In this document: positions 52,169-62,049 of the stretch, in pieces
Position numbering within the stretch: position 1 is the stretch's first letter
Layout: every line of letters starts with the position of its first letter
Notes under the pieces: model-generated
What the model was told of the DNA's origin: nothing
What the model saw: only the letters and a program-made list of their open reading frames with translations
The model's database searches: none
Source: Nitrosopumilus sp.
Lineage (GTDB): Archaea > Thermoproteota > Nitrososphaeria > Nitrososphaerales > Nitrosopumilaceae
Assembly (NCBI GenBank): GCA_965205675.1
Contig: OZ242186.1
Coordinates: forward strand, 1,248,001 to 1,312,000
Length of the DNA: 64,000 bases
Direction of reading: 5' to 3'
Translations under genes and position numbers: made by a program

Positions 52169-53257
52169 TTGACATCAAAAGGTGATTTTAAGGAATTGCA
52201 GAATCTTTATGATTCTGGTGATTTTACAAAGATATTGGATTATTCCAATGGGATGTATTTTCTAAAACTACGTTCAATGTCAAGACCCACTCTTCTTAAA
52301 AAACTGGCAGAACAACAAGCCATAACAATTTTTCCCAAACCAAAACTTTTTGATATTTTTAATCAAAATATTCCATTAACAGCATTAGACAAATTCATCA
52401 GAAAAGAAGCTGTTGACGAACTAAAAAACATAGCAGATGAAAAAGAAATTCTATACACAGAATTATTCAAGCTTGATGTTTTGGATTGGGGAGGATTATA
52501 TCAGAATGGACTAGAAAAAACCATAGTCAACAACTATGTCAAGAAAATCAAAAATTATGACGAGCTTAATCAAAAAATCACTAATGAATTACATGATAGT
52601 ATGTCGGGATATGTGAAAAGTTCTTGGTATAATCATTGGTCAACCATCTTAATTGAGAATATGTTTCAAGAACACAAAAATATAATTCCTGCAATAGGAA
52701 AAGTGAAAAATTTGGATTTCTTTTGGAATGACATTCCACTTGATCTGAAAGTAACATACTTTCCAAAAGAATTCTTAAACGATAAAAGAAAGGAACTTGG
52801 TTTGAGAACTGAGTTATCATCCCTGAAGAAATTTGCCAAAGAAAGTAAAATATGTTATGACAAAAATGGAAATGACCGACAAATTTTTACAGAGATATAT
52901 AGGAAATTAAGTGAATCATCAAAACCAGAATATCTGAAATTCATAAAGGAATTAAAACAGAAAAGCACAGAGATAATCAATAATACAATAAAAGATCCTG
53001 TATCATTAGCACAATGGCTGTATGAAAAACAAAGTGAAAGGAGATTTGACAGGGTTTATCGATTTTATCTTATTTTGATAGATTCAACTAATTTAGAAGA
53101 TAGTTGGAAATTGAAGCGTAACAGAGATTTGGTTCCAAACGGAATCAAGTCATTTCTCTCTAAAGATCCTAAAAAAGAAATTAAAGATATTAAGTTTGGA
53201 TGGAAAGATAAAGAATATGACACAAAATGCTTTGTGTTGTTTATCGTTAAATCATAA
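52169..53257 (+). CDS. Putative type II restriction endonuclease
   Basis: Abuts the MTase; LDFFWNDIPLDLKVT is a PD-(D/E)xK-like motif. Confidence 0.75.
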   Translation: MTSKGDFKELQNLYDSGDFTKILDYSNGMYFLKLRSMSRPTLLKKLAEQQAITIFPKPKLFDIFNQNIPLTALDKFIRKEAVDELKNIADEKEILYTELFKLDVLDWGGLYQNGLEKTIVNNYVKKIKNYDELNQKITNELHDSMSGYVKSSWYNHWSTILIENMFQEHKNIIPAIGKVKNLDFFWNDIPLDLKVTYFPKEFLNDKRKELGLRTELSSLKKFAKESKICYDKNGNDRQIFTEIYRKLSESSKPEYLKFIKELKQKSTEIINNTIKDPVSLAQWLYEKQSERRFDRVYRFYLILIDSTNLEDSWKLKRNRDLVPNGIKSFLSKDPKKEIKDIKFGWKDKEYDTKCFVLFIVKS

Positions 53258-53327
53258 CTCCCTAACGTAACAGCTCAAACCCCTAATGTAACACCACTTT
53301 GAAAAACCCCTAAGATGGAACAGTGTA
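53258..53327 (+). repeat. Three CCCTAA..(T/G)AACA boxes, probable transposon end
   Basis: CCCTAACGTAACAG, CCCTAATGTAACAC and CCCTAAGATGGAACAG right after the REase stop. Confidence 0.5.
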
Positions 53328-53547
53328 AAAATTCACTTTCTACACTCATACAAAATCACCTGAATTGCACCGTACATACCCTTTATAATACATTTTCAAA
53401 ATTTAAGTCAATCTATAATTTCAGGTATAATTAATATCGAATATTTGGCAAAGGAATTTGATGTCATCTCTGCATCTGTAAGTGGGAGAAGAGATCTGAT
53501 TTCTGATAATTTTCTGCCTTTAAATTTGATTTTACCTGAATGGTTCA

Positions 53548-54189
53548 TTGTATCTGGAACTTGCCCTGCTTGCACTGCTCGTATTTTATGCATTTTTGGA
53601 TATTCGCACAAGGCATGTGCGCACCTATTTTTTCGTGTTTCCGTTTGTAGCCCTACTTGCATTGAAAATAATTACCGGTTCAATTGATGCGACAATGCTG
53701 ATAATGTTTGCAATGCAGGCAGGATTTGTCATGGCAGCATACCTCCTCCGGCTTTTTGCCTCAGCTGACCTGCTGGGTCTGTTAGTTGTGACCTTTGCAG
53801 TTCCCTTTGTAGGACCATTTCCTGCAGTACTTGTACTGGCGCTGACAATAATATTCCAGTCAAACGGAATCATGCTGTCAAATCTGTCATACAATCTGGC
53901 GGACTTGTACAATAACCGACAACTGTTCTCCGATGTCCCACAGATGCGCACAAAAAAGACTGCAAGGAGAATCTACTGGTCGTTTCTTGCACGCCGTCTG
54001 CGAGATGCTGACAAACACGTCCTCCCTGCACAAAGAATCCACAAAGGTTCACTTGAGCTTGCAGTCTCTAGGAAAAATACCGACACACTCTCAAATGCAC
54101 AATATGTGTATTCTGCACATCCGGGTCTTGCATACATTGCATGCGCATACGCATTTTTGCTTTTGGTGGCAAGCCCGTTTCTGATATGA
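53548..54189 (+). CDS. Prepilin peptidase (A24 family)
   Basis: Multiple TM helices; FLDIRTRHV and FASAD aspartates; first gene of the pilus operon. Confidence 0.8.
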   Translation: MYLELALLALLVFYAFLDIRTRHVRTYFFVFPFVALLALKIITGSIDATMLIMFAMQAGFVMAAYLLRLFASADLLGLLVVTFAVPFVGPFPAVLVLALTIIFQSNGIMLSNLSYNLADLYNNRQLFSDVPQMRTKKTARRIYWSFLARRLRDADKHVLPAQRIHKGSLELAVSRKNTDTLSNAQYVYSAHPGLAYIACAYAFLLLVASPFLI

Positions 54190-54193
54190 TGGT

Positions 54194-55861
54194 GTGTTGA
54201 TGATGCAATTCTCCAAGGTATTCAAAAATTTGAGTCAAAAAATCGCAAGTACTCTAAAAAAAGATGCAAAGAAAAAAAACATTCCAGAAAAAAACATTCC
54301 AGAAAAAAACATTCCAGAGAAGAGCATTCCAGAGAAGAGCATTCCAGAGAAGAAGAACTCAAAAAAAGATACAAAAAAAGATACACCGCAAGAAAAATCC
54401 CTCTCGTATTCCTCTGTTAGACCTGCAAAGTACCTTATACAATACAAGGTAGGTGATGATGTAGTAGTTACAATATCTGAGGACATGCAGTACTGCGTAT
54501 ATGAGCCACAGTTCTCAGATGCTGCATCAAAATCCGCATATGACAGTATAATGTCATACAAGAGATTTACAAGGTATGATGGCAACGCGGTCTTTTCTGA
54601 GTTGTCCGTAGAGGAGATAATGAGTGAGGCAGAATCCGCTGCAACAGAACTTGGTCTTCTCGAAGAGTTTCTGAAAAATTACCGAACGTTTCAATACTAT
54701 ATCCGGCGCGATATCTTCGGGTTTGATGTTCTAAATGTACTGCTGCAAGACGAATCAAATCTTGAGGACATCACATGTTCAAATTACAATGATACGGTAG
54801 GTGTGGTTCACCGCAAATATCTCAGCTGGGGAGTCATGAGAACCACGATAAAATTTGACTCAAAAAAGCATATGGAGTCGCTGATGGAGAAGATGGCAAA
54901 CCGCGCTTACAAACATCTCTCTGATGCCACACCCATGGTTGACCTGCAGCTGGATAAAAAATACAGAATGTCGCTTGTAAAATCTGACGTGATATCGCCG
55001 CTGTCCCCTGCGCTATCCATACGAATAAAATCCCCTGACCCGATCACGATAAAAAATCTGCTTGACTCAAACACCATATCTCACAATACAGTTGCTGCAA
55101 TCTGGACTCTTTTGGATGTACGTGGTACGGGGCTTATTATTGGCGGCACAGGTTCAGGCAAAACCTCTACCCTTGGCGCCTTACTGCTGCTGATAAAAAA
55201 GACTGAGAAGATAATAACAATCGAGGACACTGGGGAAATTCAGATACCTCACACAGACTGGCTGCCATTAATGATTGATGCCCCCGTATCAACTGCCGGT
55301 TATTTTAAAAAATTTCAGGCAATTCTCAACACTTCGCTGCGACAGAGACCATACATGATCTCAGTGGGAGAGGTGCGAGGCGAATCAACAAAGATGCTCT
55401 TTGATGCAATATCTACAGGCCACTCCTCGATGTCATCCTTTCATGCATATGGTGCGTCAGGTGCAATCAATCGTATCATAGGGGAAATCGGTGTACCTGC
55501 CGGTTCTTTTACTGATCTTGGATTCATTTTATCAATGGGGGAAATAATAACAAAGCAGGGAATACTTGAGAGGCGATGCCTCTCCTTTGATGAGATAAGC
55601 TCAGATGGTCATGAGGTCTTTCTCAACAACCTTGGAGTGTACAATGCAGATACTGATTCTTTTGATAACAACTCGATTCCTTTTCTGTGTGAGAATTCCA
55701 AGAGGCTGCAGGCAGCAGTAGCCCGAGACGCATCAACTGAGATGGCATCAGACTTTGCACTACGAGTTGACCTGTTGCGGGAATGTCAAAAGCGGGCAGT
55801 CACCCAACACGAGACAGCAGAGATTCTATCCAAATATTATGAAAAGAAATATCAGCGATAG
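54194..55861 (+). CDS. Type IV pilus/secretion ATPase (FlaI/CpaF-like)
   Basis: LEDITC, GGTGSGKTS, ITIEDTGEI, SLRQRP..VGEVRG and TGH....FHA. Confidence 0.95.
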   Translation: MLMMQFSKVFKNLSQKIASTLKKDAKKKNIPEKNIPEKNIPEKSIPEKSIPEKKNSKKDTKKDTPQEKSLSYSSVRPAKYLIQYKVGDDVVVTISEDMQYCVYEPQFSDAASKSAYDSIMSYKRFTRYDGNAVFSELSVEEIMSEAESAATELGLLEEFLKNYRTFQYYIRRDIFGFDVLNVLLQDESNLEDITCSNYNDTVGVVHRKYLSWGVMRTTIKFDSKKHMESLMEKMANRAYKHLSDATPMVDLQLDKKYRMSLVKSDVISPLSPALSIRIKSPDPITIKNLLDSNTISHNTVAAIWTLLDVRGTGLIIGGTGSGKTSTLGALLLLIKKTEKIITIEDTGEIQIPHTDWLPLMIDAPVSTAGYFKKFQAILNTSLRQRPYMISVGEVRGESTKMLFDAISTGHSSMSSFHAYGASGAINRIIGEIGVPAGSFTDLGFILSMGEIITKQGILERRCLSFDEISSDGHEVFLNNLGVYNADTDSFDNNSIPFLCENSKRLQAAVARDASTEMASDFALRVDLLRECQKRAVTQHETAEILSKYYEKKYQR

Positions 55862-57743
55862 GACCATCATATGTGTAGTTCTGTTTTTTGCAGGCATTGT
55901 ACTTGGAATATCCGGACACATCGCACTGCTGTTTCTCTGCTGTATCTCTGCACTGTCAATATACACGATACGTCTTTCTGATGTTGCAAAACTCAAAAGA
56001 CTTGGAAAAAAACCTGCAATCAGAAAAAAAGAGATTCCAAACTCTGAAAAGTTTCTAAAGAGACTGATAAAATACAGAATGTTCTCCCTGCTGTATGATT
56101 CTGCAAGAAATACTGCCCACGCAAGCGTGCCCAGGACTGGTCAGACTGCAACTCCTGGCATTCATGCAAAAAACGCAGTCATTATATTTTTTGCATCTCT
56201 TTTTGTAGCGGCGGCTGTTGCCCTCTTTGGGATACTTTCAGGAATTTACTATCTTGCAGCGTCTCTTGCTGTTCCGTTAGTCGTGTATCTCTTCCCGAAA
56301 CTATCTGTATCTGTGCGGGTATCTGAGCGCACAACACTCTTTGATGAAGAGATTGCATATTTTCTGTCATACCTGCAGATAGTCCATTCTGGCACCATGA
56401 TGATATACAGAAGCATCGCAATGCTTGACGGAAAAAATATATTTCCAGGACTAGAGTCTGACGGATTGTTACTGAAAAAATGGGTAGAGTATGATGCGAC
56501 AGTACAGATTGATGCGATAAATGAACTGGCACAGAACCATCCGCACAAGACATTCAAGCAGTTTTTAATCCAGTACTGTAGCATAGCCAAATCAAGCGTT
56601 GATAACATTCCCTCGTTTATTGCAGAATCTGCCAAAACAGAGTTTGCAAGAATTGTCCAGAGTGCCGAGAATGCGATAGGCAAGGCTGCAATGGTATTCA
56701 TCATGGGTGCACTCATGATGGTGATGGCGCCGGTCCTGCTGGTCATGATGAGTTTCATTGGTGGCGTTGATGACTCTACAACACATCATCTCATAAATTT
56801 CCTAACTGTAATGCCTGTAATTTACACTGTGATGGTTTTCTTTATGTTCAAAACAAGACAGGACAGTGAACTGTATCCGAAAAAAATCGCATTTGTTGCA
56901 CTTCCAGTCATTTTTGTATTATGCTATCTTATCACTAGGGATGCAATGGCATCCTTTGCACTTGCATGTGCAGTGCCATGTGTGATTAATGGCAGAGCCA
57001 TCGCAAGTCAGATGAGATACATCAGACAGATTAATGACAACTTTCCAATCTTTTTGCGTGATTTGATAGAGTCTCGCAAGATAGATGCAAACTTTATCGT
57101 GTCATTAAAAAAACTGGCATCTGGAGACGACATGGAATCAAGGTATGGCGCATATGCTGGCATATTGCGACAGATGCGAATGCGGTTAGAGGATGGCAAT
57201 TACCATGACCGACCTCTGATTTATGACAGAGGAATCCCATCATGGCGTCTGAGGATGCTGACGTTTATCTTTCAGACAATATATGATGCAGACAGAGGTG
57301 ACATTGCCACGCTTGAGCGGATGCACAAGTTTACCGTCTCAATTAACGAGATCAAAAACAAGCTCTCAGATTCAGTCTCTCTCTCGTCGTTGATGCTGTA
57401 TGCATCATCACCACTGTTCTTTGTGGTGCTAGTTGCAATGTCTGTCTTTATGGGGTCTTTCTCAAGTGTGATTCCTGATCTTCCAGACAGCATACGCGGT
57501 TCTGCTGATGCCAGTCTCTTCTTTGAAAAGCCTGACTTTGCATCTCTGCTCTCATCGCTAAAGCCTGCATTTTTAGTCATGTCTATGTGTTCTGGACTGG
57601 TCATATCTCGTGTTGTATATTCTACGTTTTCTGCGACCCTGCCTGTGGGTATATGTGCATCTGTGGCATTTGTAATAGTGGCATTCTGGGATCGTCTCTT
57701 TGAGGTCTTATCCGGACTGCTCTTGCCTCTTTTTTCGTTTTAA
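55839..57743 (+). CDS. Pilus membrane platform protein (FlaJ/TadC-like)
   Basis: Two T2SSF-like halves (DEEIAYFLSY and NDNFPIFLRDL) with multiple TM helices; follows the ATPase. Confidence 0.85.
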   Translation: MKRNISDRTIICVVLFFAGIVLGISGHIALLFLCCISALSIYTIRLSDVAKLKRLGKKPAIRKKEIPNSEKFLKRLIKYRMFSLLYDSARNTAHASVPRTGQTATPGIHAKNAVIIFFASLFVAAAVALFGILSGIYYLAASLAVPLVVYLFPKLSVSVRVSERTTLFDEEIAYFLSYLQIVHSGTMMIYRSIAMLDGKNIFPGLESDGLLLKKWVEYDATVQIDAINELAQNHPHKTFKQFLIQYCSIAKSSVDNIPSFIAESAKTEFARIVQSAENAIGKAAMVFIMGALMMVMAPVLLVMMSFIGGVDDSTTHHLINFLTVMPVIYTVMVFFMFKTRQDSELYPKKIAFVALPVIFVLCYLITRDAMASFALACAVPCVINGRAIASQMRYIRQINDNFPIFLRDLIESRKIDANFIVSLKKLASGDDMESRYGAYAGILRQMRMRLEDGNYHDRPLIYDRGIPSWRLRMLTFIFQTIYDADRGDIATLERMHKFTVSINEIKNKLSDSVSLSSLMLYASSPLFFVVLVAMSVFMGSFSSVIPDLPDSIRGSADASLFFEKPDFASLLSSLKPAFLVMSMCSGLVISRVVYSTFSATLPVGICASVAFVIVAFWDRLFEVLSGLLLPLFSF

Positions 57744-57767
57744 ATAGTATTTTTTATCCCCAGTATA

Positions 57768-58310
57768 ATGCAAATTACAAAGGACACACTCATCTGGGTC
57801 GGAATAACAGCACTTGTTGCCACGACTGCCGCTTCATTACTAAGTTCTGGCATCATCAATGATGCCCAAAACGACGGCAGTTTTGATATTGTCTCAGCTG
57901 AGATAAAACGAGGTTCTACAGGCAGTGCCATCCTTGAGATAAATGTTCGCAACAGTGGCTCTGATACAGTCGTTGTCCAGACTGCTGCATTGGGATATCC
58001 AATAGAGGATGCAACTGTTGCAGTCTCCATTGGCTCTGGAAAAAATCAATGCGAAGCTGATGCAACTGATGCTGATTCGGAATCTGTATCACTGATATTT
58101 GGCGATACATCTGGGAACGGCGAGGATGCTGTAAGTTTGGATAGAGGAGGCGTTACAACGCTTATCTGTACAATTCCAGAATCTGATGACATGAAGTATG
58201 GAGAATCATATACGCTGTCAATATCTGGTACAGTTGATGATGGTGATGATTCCACCGACGGCAGAACAGTATCTGATACGTCTGTAGTATACGTTACAAC
58301 TGGATTCTAA
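57768..58310 (+). CDS. Archaeal pilin-like protein
   Basis: N-terminal hydrophobic helix; INVRNSGS; YGESYTLSISG. Confidence 0.75.
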   Translation: MQITKDTLIWVGITALVATTAASLLSSGIINDAQNDGSFDIVSAEIKRGSTGSAILEINVRNSGSDTVVVQTAALGYPIEDATVAVSIGSGKNQCEADATDADSESVSLIFGDTSGNGEDAVSLDRGGVTTLICTIPESDDMKYGESYTLSISGTVDDGDDSTDGRTVSDTSVVYVTTGF

Positions 58311-58360
58311 ATCCACTTTTTTTATTTTTTTTACAGGTCTGCAAAACTGAAAAATTAATC

Positions 58361-58708
58361 TTATTTTAAATCAACTTTGTTATATTCCAAATTAGATAAA
58401 TTCTCATCTAATACAGCTCTATAATATTGAAATAACCCTATAGTTTTTGGGGAATGGAAATTTGCAAAATAGATTAATTCATTCTCTTCTTCCTTCGAAA
58501 GAACAATTTTTTCACTGACTAGATCTTCTAGAGATCTCTGTATACTTTCACTATCTAAATCTGTAAAGCCCTGTATCTCTTCAATTGTTTGAGGTAATTC
58601 ATAGTTTGATAACAAACAATCTAAAACTTGCAAAGATTTTGAATGTGAATCAATTCTTTGAAATGGTAATCTGTATTCTGCTGTTTTTTCTATTTCTTCT
58701 AATGTCAT
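58361..58708 (-). CDS. wHTH transcription regulator
   Basis: VLDCLL..QTIEEIQGFTDL..IQRSLEDLVSEKIV. Confidence 0.75.
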   Translation of the reverse strand: MTLEEIEKTAEYRLPFQRIDSHSKSLQVLDCLLSNYELPQTIEEIQGFTDLDSESIQRSLEDLVSEKIVLSKEEENELIYFANFHSPKTIGLFQYYRAVLDENLSNLEYNKVDLK

Positions 58709-58904
58709 GTTTTATGTGATTCCTGAAAAATATTTAAAGATAGCCCCACATTTTAAGCTTGGAAATGTATTTTAGCGATTAATTGTGAATCAAAGGGTGA
58801 CTAGAATTACATCATAAAGTACAGAGTTTTGGGAGAAGAGACTAATTGAGAGATTTATTGAAAGATCAGATCACGAAACATTTGAATTAAAAAATAAACT
58901 AGAT

Positions 58905-59318
58905 TTGTTCCAAAGTTTTGGCAGGTTTGTATCCGATCCAAATCTAGCCACAGCATTTGATAATCTGGTCACTAGAAAATTGATTTTGCAAATCAATCTT
59001 GGAAATTATATATTAAACAGTCATACATCTATCGAAGAAATTAGACGTATACTTCAGATGGAACCAATTCATTTTATGTCGGAACGAATGATGCCTGTTG
59101 AAAGTTATTTCAAGAATCATAAATTACAATTTAATTTTACTACTGATAAAAATAGTTGGCCTCATAGAGGAACGTATTATTGTTGCACACAGGAAGACGA
59201 CCCGTCTGTTTGGAAAATTATTGTTAGAACAAATCCTGCCAAATCCCCCACATTTTATAGTTTTGGGAGTTTTGATTCCGTGAAGTTATCGGGATCTAAC
59301 GCAGAGAGAGGGATTTGA
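58905..59318 (+). pseudogene. Hypothetical gene fragment ending at the tRNA
   Basis: Broken 5' region; 3' end runs into the antisense tRNA. Confidence 0.35.
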
Positions 59319-59385
59319 ACCCCCGAGACCTATGACAGTCATCCACTCTTAAGGCGGACGCCCGACCAGACTAGGCGATCTCTGC
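59300..59385 (-). tRNA. Class II tRNA with TAA (Leu) anticodon on a Ser-type body
   Basis: Acceptor GCAGAGA/TCTCTGC plus G73. D arm TC-GCCTAGTCTGGTCGGGC. Anticodon arm TCCGC-CTTAAGA-GTGGA. Long variable arm. T arm GGGGG-TTCAAAT-CCCTC. Confidence 0.92.
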
Positions 59386-59666
59386 ACAAACTATAAAAAT
59401 AACGAAGATAGTAAAACGTTGGTTACTAATCCACCATGCAAAAACATGAGCGGAATAAATCCTATGACAGTCAAGTAACCATTTTTTAATTATTAATTTG
59501 GTTCAAACTGGCATTTTGTATGATTGTTTTCCATTTGTTATTGCCATCAACAATTATTCCCGCTATTTCTGCCGGAGTCTTTCCATTTAGAGATTGGTCT
59601 GGTCCCCTCTAGAGTAGGACCGGTAGCATACATACACTTTTCAGATAACTTGGGAGGCTTACCCTC

Positions 59667-59957
59667 ATGGTAAAGAGCAAATTCACATCAGCAGAAAAGT
59701 CAAGAGTGGTTTTAGAGTCACTAAACACAAACATTGCAACTGCAGAGTTGTGCAGAAAGTACAATATTCATCCACAGACATTCTACCAATGGAGGGAACG
59801 ATTTGTAGAAGGTGGCAAGGCATCATTAAATGGCACACCAAACGGAGATGTCTGCAAGAATCTGCAAAAGGAAAATGATTCCCTCAAAAAACTAATCGGC
59901 GAGATCACAATTGCCAATGACATTTTAAAAAAAACGTTGGAGAACCAGAAAAGATGA
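59667..59957 (+). CDS. IS3 transposase OrfA (HTH plus leucine zipper)
   Basis: FTSAEKSRVV..ELCRKYNI..FYQWR..LKKLIGE..ILKK; A8C slippery run near 59927. Confidence 0.92.
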   Translation: MVKSKFTSAEKSRVVLESLNTNIATAELCRKYNIHPQTFYQWRERFVEGGKASLNGTPNGDVCKNLQKENDSLKKLIGEITIANDILKKTLENQKR

Positions 59958-60776
59958 CTGCAGTGAATCAACTGAACAAACACATCAGTTTGAACAAGTC
60001 ATTGTTATTAATTGGAGTCTCAAAATCCAAATGGTATTACTCAAAGTCACCAAGAAGGATTCAGACAGATCCTGCAGTAACTGATGTAGTTCAAAAGATT
60101 GGAAAACAAAGGCCAACTTATGGAACCAGACGCATGGCATCCCAAGTCTCAAGGGAACTGAACAAGCCTGTAAACAGAAAACAAATCAGAAGAATATTTC
60201 ACAAATTGGGCTGGATTGAGCCTAAAAAGACCAAAAATGACATCATCAAATCTGCCAGAACATTATTCAAGCCTGATGCACCAAACCAGTTGTGGCAGAC
60301 AGACATCACATATGTCTGGTGTGGGGTTGACAGATGGTGCTACTGCTTTAACGTGATTGATGCATTTAGCAGGAAATGGATTTGGCATTCATTTGATGTG
60401 GCAGCTCCAAAGAGCACTGCAATTGACAGCATCATTAATGCAGTAGCTACTGCAAAGCCTGATTGCACAAAACTGATTCTCAGAACTGACAACGGTTCGC
60501 AATACAACAGCCGAGATTTCAGACAAGCAGTTATTCTACTTGGAATAAGACATGAATTCATCTGGGCACCACACGCCAGAACAAAACGGACATGTCGAAT
60601 CATTCCACAAGACACTCAAGAAGGAATACTTGTGGAGGTACGAGTTTGCAAACTATCAGGAAGCCGAAGTTGCTCTAGAGAAAGCACGAATCGATTACAA
60701 TGGTTCCAGGATTCATTCAGCGTTAGGATACCTTACTCCTGATGAATTCATGGAGTTATGGGAGATGAAAACATAA
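59954..60776 (+). pseudogene. IS3 transposase OrfB (rve) with a +1 frameshift near 60565
   Basis: YGTRR, PNQLWQTDITY, RTDNGSQY; TPEQNGHVESF..LKKE..YN..RIHSALGYLTP is in another frame. Confidence 0.88.
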
Positions 60777-61254
60777 ATGAATCAGACTGTATGTAAAATA
60801 ATGCAAAAAGTGGTACTAAAAACAGGGGTCCACTCCAAGATCCATGCTTCTTTGAGAAATTGTAAAATGTCTGAAAGCCATCAAATAGAGGACTGTTCAT
60901 CTTTTTTATTCCCCTATATGCTACCTCACGATCCCTGATAGTACCGTTTAGTCTTTCCATTCTGTTGTTATTTTTATCTCCCTTTAGATGAATATGGCGT
61001 ATGTGTTCTGTCTTTTTTTGTAAATAATTTTTTTGACTGTATATTTAAAAAACAAATTGAAGACGTTAATCAAAAAGATTACCATAATAATCGACAACCC
61101 GGAATAGCTGCTTTTACTTTATTTGTCAAATTTGGTTGGATTCATGAAGTTAGCAGAAAAGGAAGACAGATTTTTTATCAAATTGATAAACCTGATGAAT
61201 ATTTGGATATAATAAATAAGAAAATTTTACTTTGTTCAATGTGTGGATTACCTA

Positions 61255-61415
61255 CACCGGATAAATTTTGTAATCAGTGCAATACTCACATTTAGAAAAA
61301 GAAAATATTCTGACGACGGAATACACAGCAGAAGGGAATCGAGAGGAACCGGTCAGGCGGTTTGCAGATCTTCAAGTGCAATGACTGTAAAAGAAAATTT
61401 ACAACAAACCTTGAA
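61255..61415 (+). pseudogene. Transposase Zn-ribbon relic
   Basis: Broken frames giving CNQC, DGI and QIFKCNDCKRKFTTNL. Confidence 0.5.
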
Positions 61416-61454
61416 TTTTTCTTGCTTTAAATCCGTCTCACATCATATCTTTTA

Positions 61455-61928
61455 ATGAATCTGACAAAAGAGAATGTTATCTTGCTTTTGGCAGTCGGAC
61501 TTGGAGCAGCCGCCGTCATGGGGATTTTATCTGGCAGTCTCTTTGATGCTGCAAGTACTGTTAATTCAAAGACATTGCAAATAACATCAGCTCAGGTTGT
61601 AGGGGATTCTGAAGGAAACCACATACTAAGTTTTACTGTAAAGAATTTCAGTAGAGATGATATCTATGACATCAACGCATCATGCAGCACCACTACTCCA
61701 GATGAGATAGAGACAGACGGAGGAGACGAACTGCGCCTGAGCAAATGGAGTGGCGGATATTTTTTTAGAGTTGGCGAGTTTGAGGACTTGGCACCAGGAC
61801 AGAGCAAATCTGCAAACCATTCTTTTAGAATGTCTGGCTCAGATGATAATGTATGCATTCTTACAGTTAACGGACTTTTAGGCGATGTCAAACAGATACA
61901 CAGAGTGCCAGTAGATATAGTCCCTTGA
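61455..61928 (+). CDS. Archaeal pilin-like protein
   Basis: N-terminal hydrophobic helix; LQITSAQV..FTVKN; LAPGQS. Confidence 0.75.
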   Translation: MNLTKENVILLLAVGLGAAAVMGILSGSLFDAASTVNSKTLQITSAQVVGDSEGNHILSFTVKNFSRDDIYDINASCSTTTPDEIETDGGDELRLSKWSGGYFFRVGEFEDLAPGQSKSANHSFRMSGSDDNVCILTVNGLLGDVKQIHRVPVDIVP

Positions 61929-61929
61929 T

Positions 61930-61976
61930 GGTTCTGGTGCATTTTGGTGATCTGATCACTAGAATCCACCAGAACC
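61930..61976 (+). terminator. Long hairpin directly after the pilin stop
   Basis: GGTTCTGGTG/CACCAGAACC stem plus ATTTTGGTGAT/ATCACTAGAAT with GU pairs. Confidence 0.55.
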
Positions 61977-62049
61977 CCCTTGATTATGACATCGTCTCTG
62001 ATCCTTTCGCTTTAAACTGTGTTTTTAAGCTACTTTTACTTGCCTTATT

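Larger units (their letters stand above)
59595..60837 (+). mobile_element. IS3-family element, 1243 bp, with 4-bp TSD AGAT
   Basis: TG...CA ends; imperfect IRs TGGTCTGGTCCCCT / TGGAGTGGACCCCT; AGAT at 59591-59594 and 60838-60841. Confidence 0.93.
59486..61020 (-). pseudogene. C-terminal DDE transposase fragment split by IS3
   Basis: NNNRMERLNGTIRDRE..YNFSKKHGS resumes in frame as LNGKTPAEIAGI..WKTIIQNA once the IS and one TSD are removed. Confidence 0.88.

Noticed and set aside
53548-58310. Archaellum operon
   Set aside because: No FlaH, FlaF/G or recognisable archaellin is present, so a generic type IV pilus fits better.
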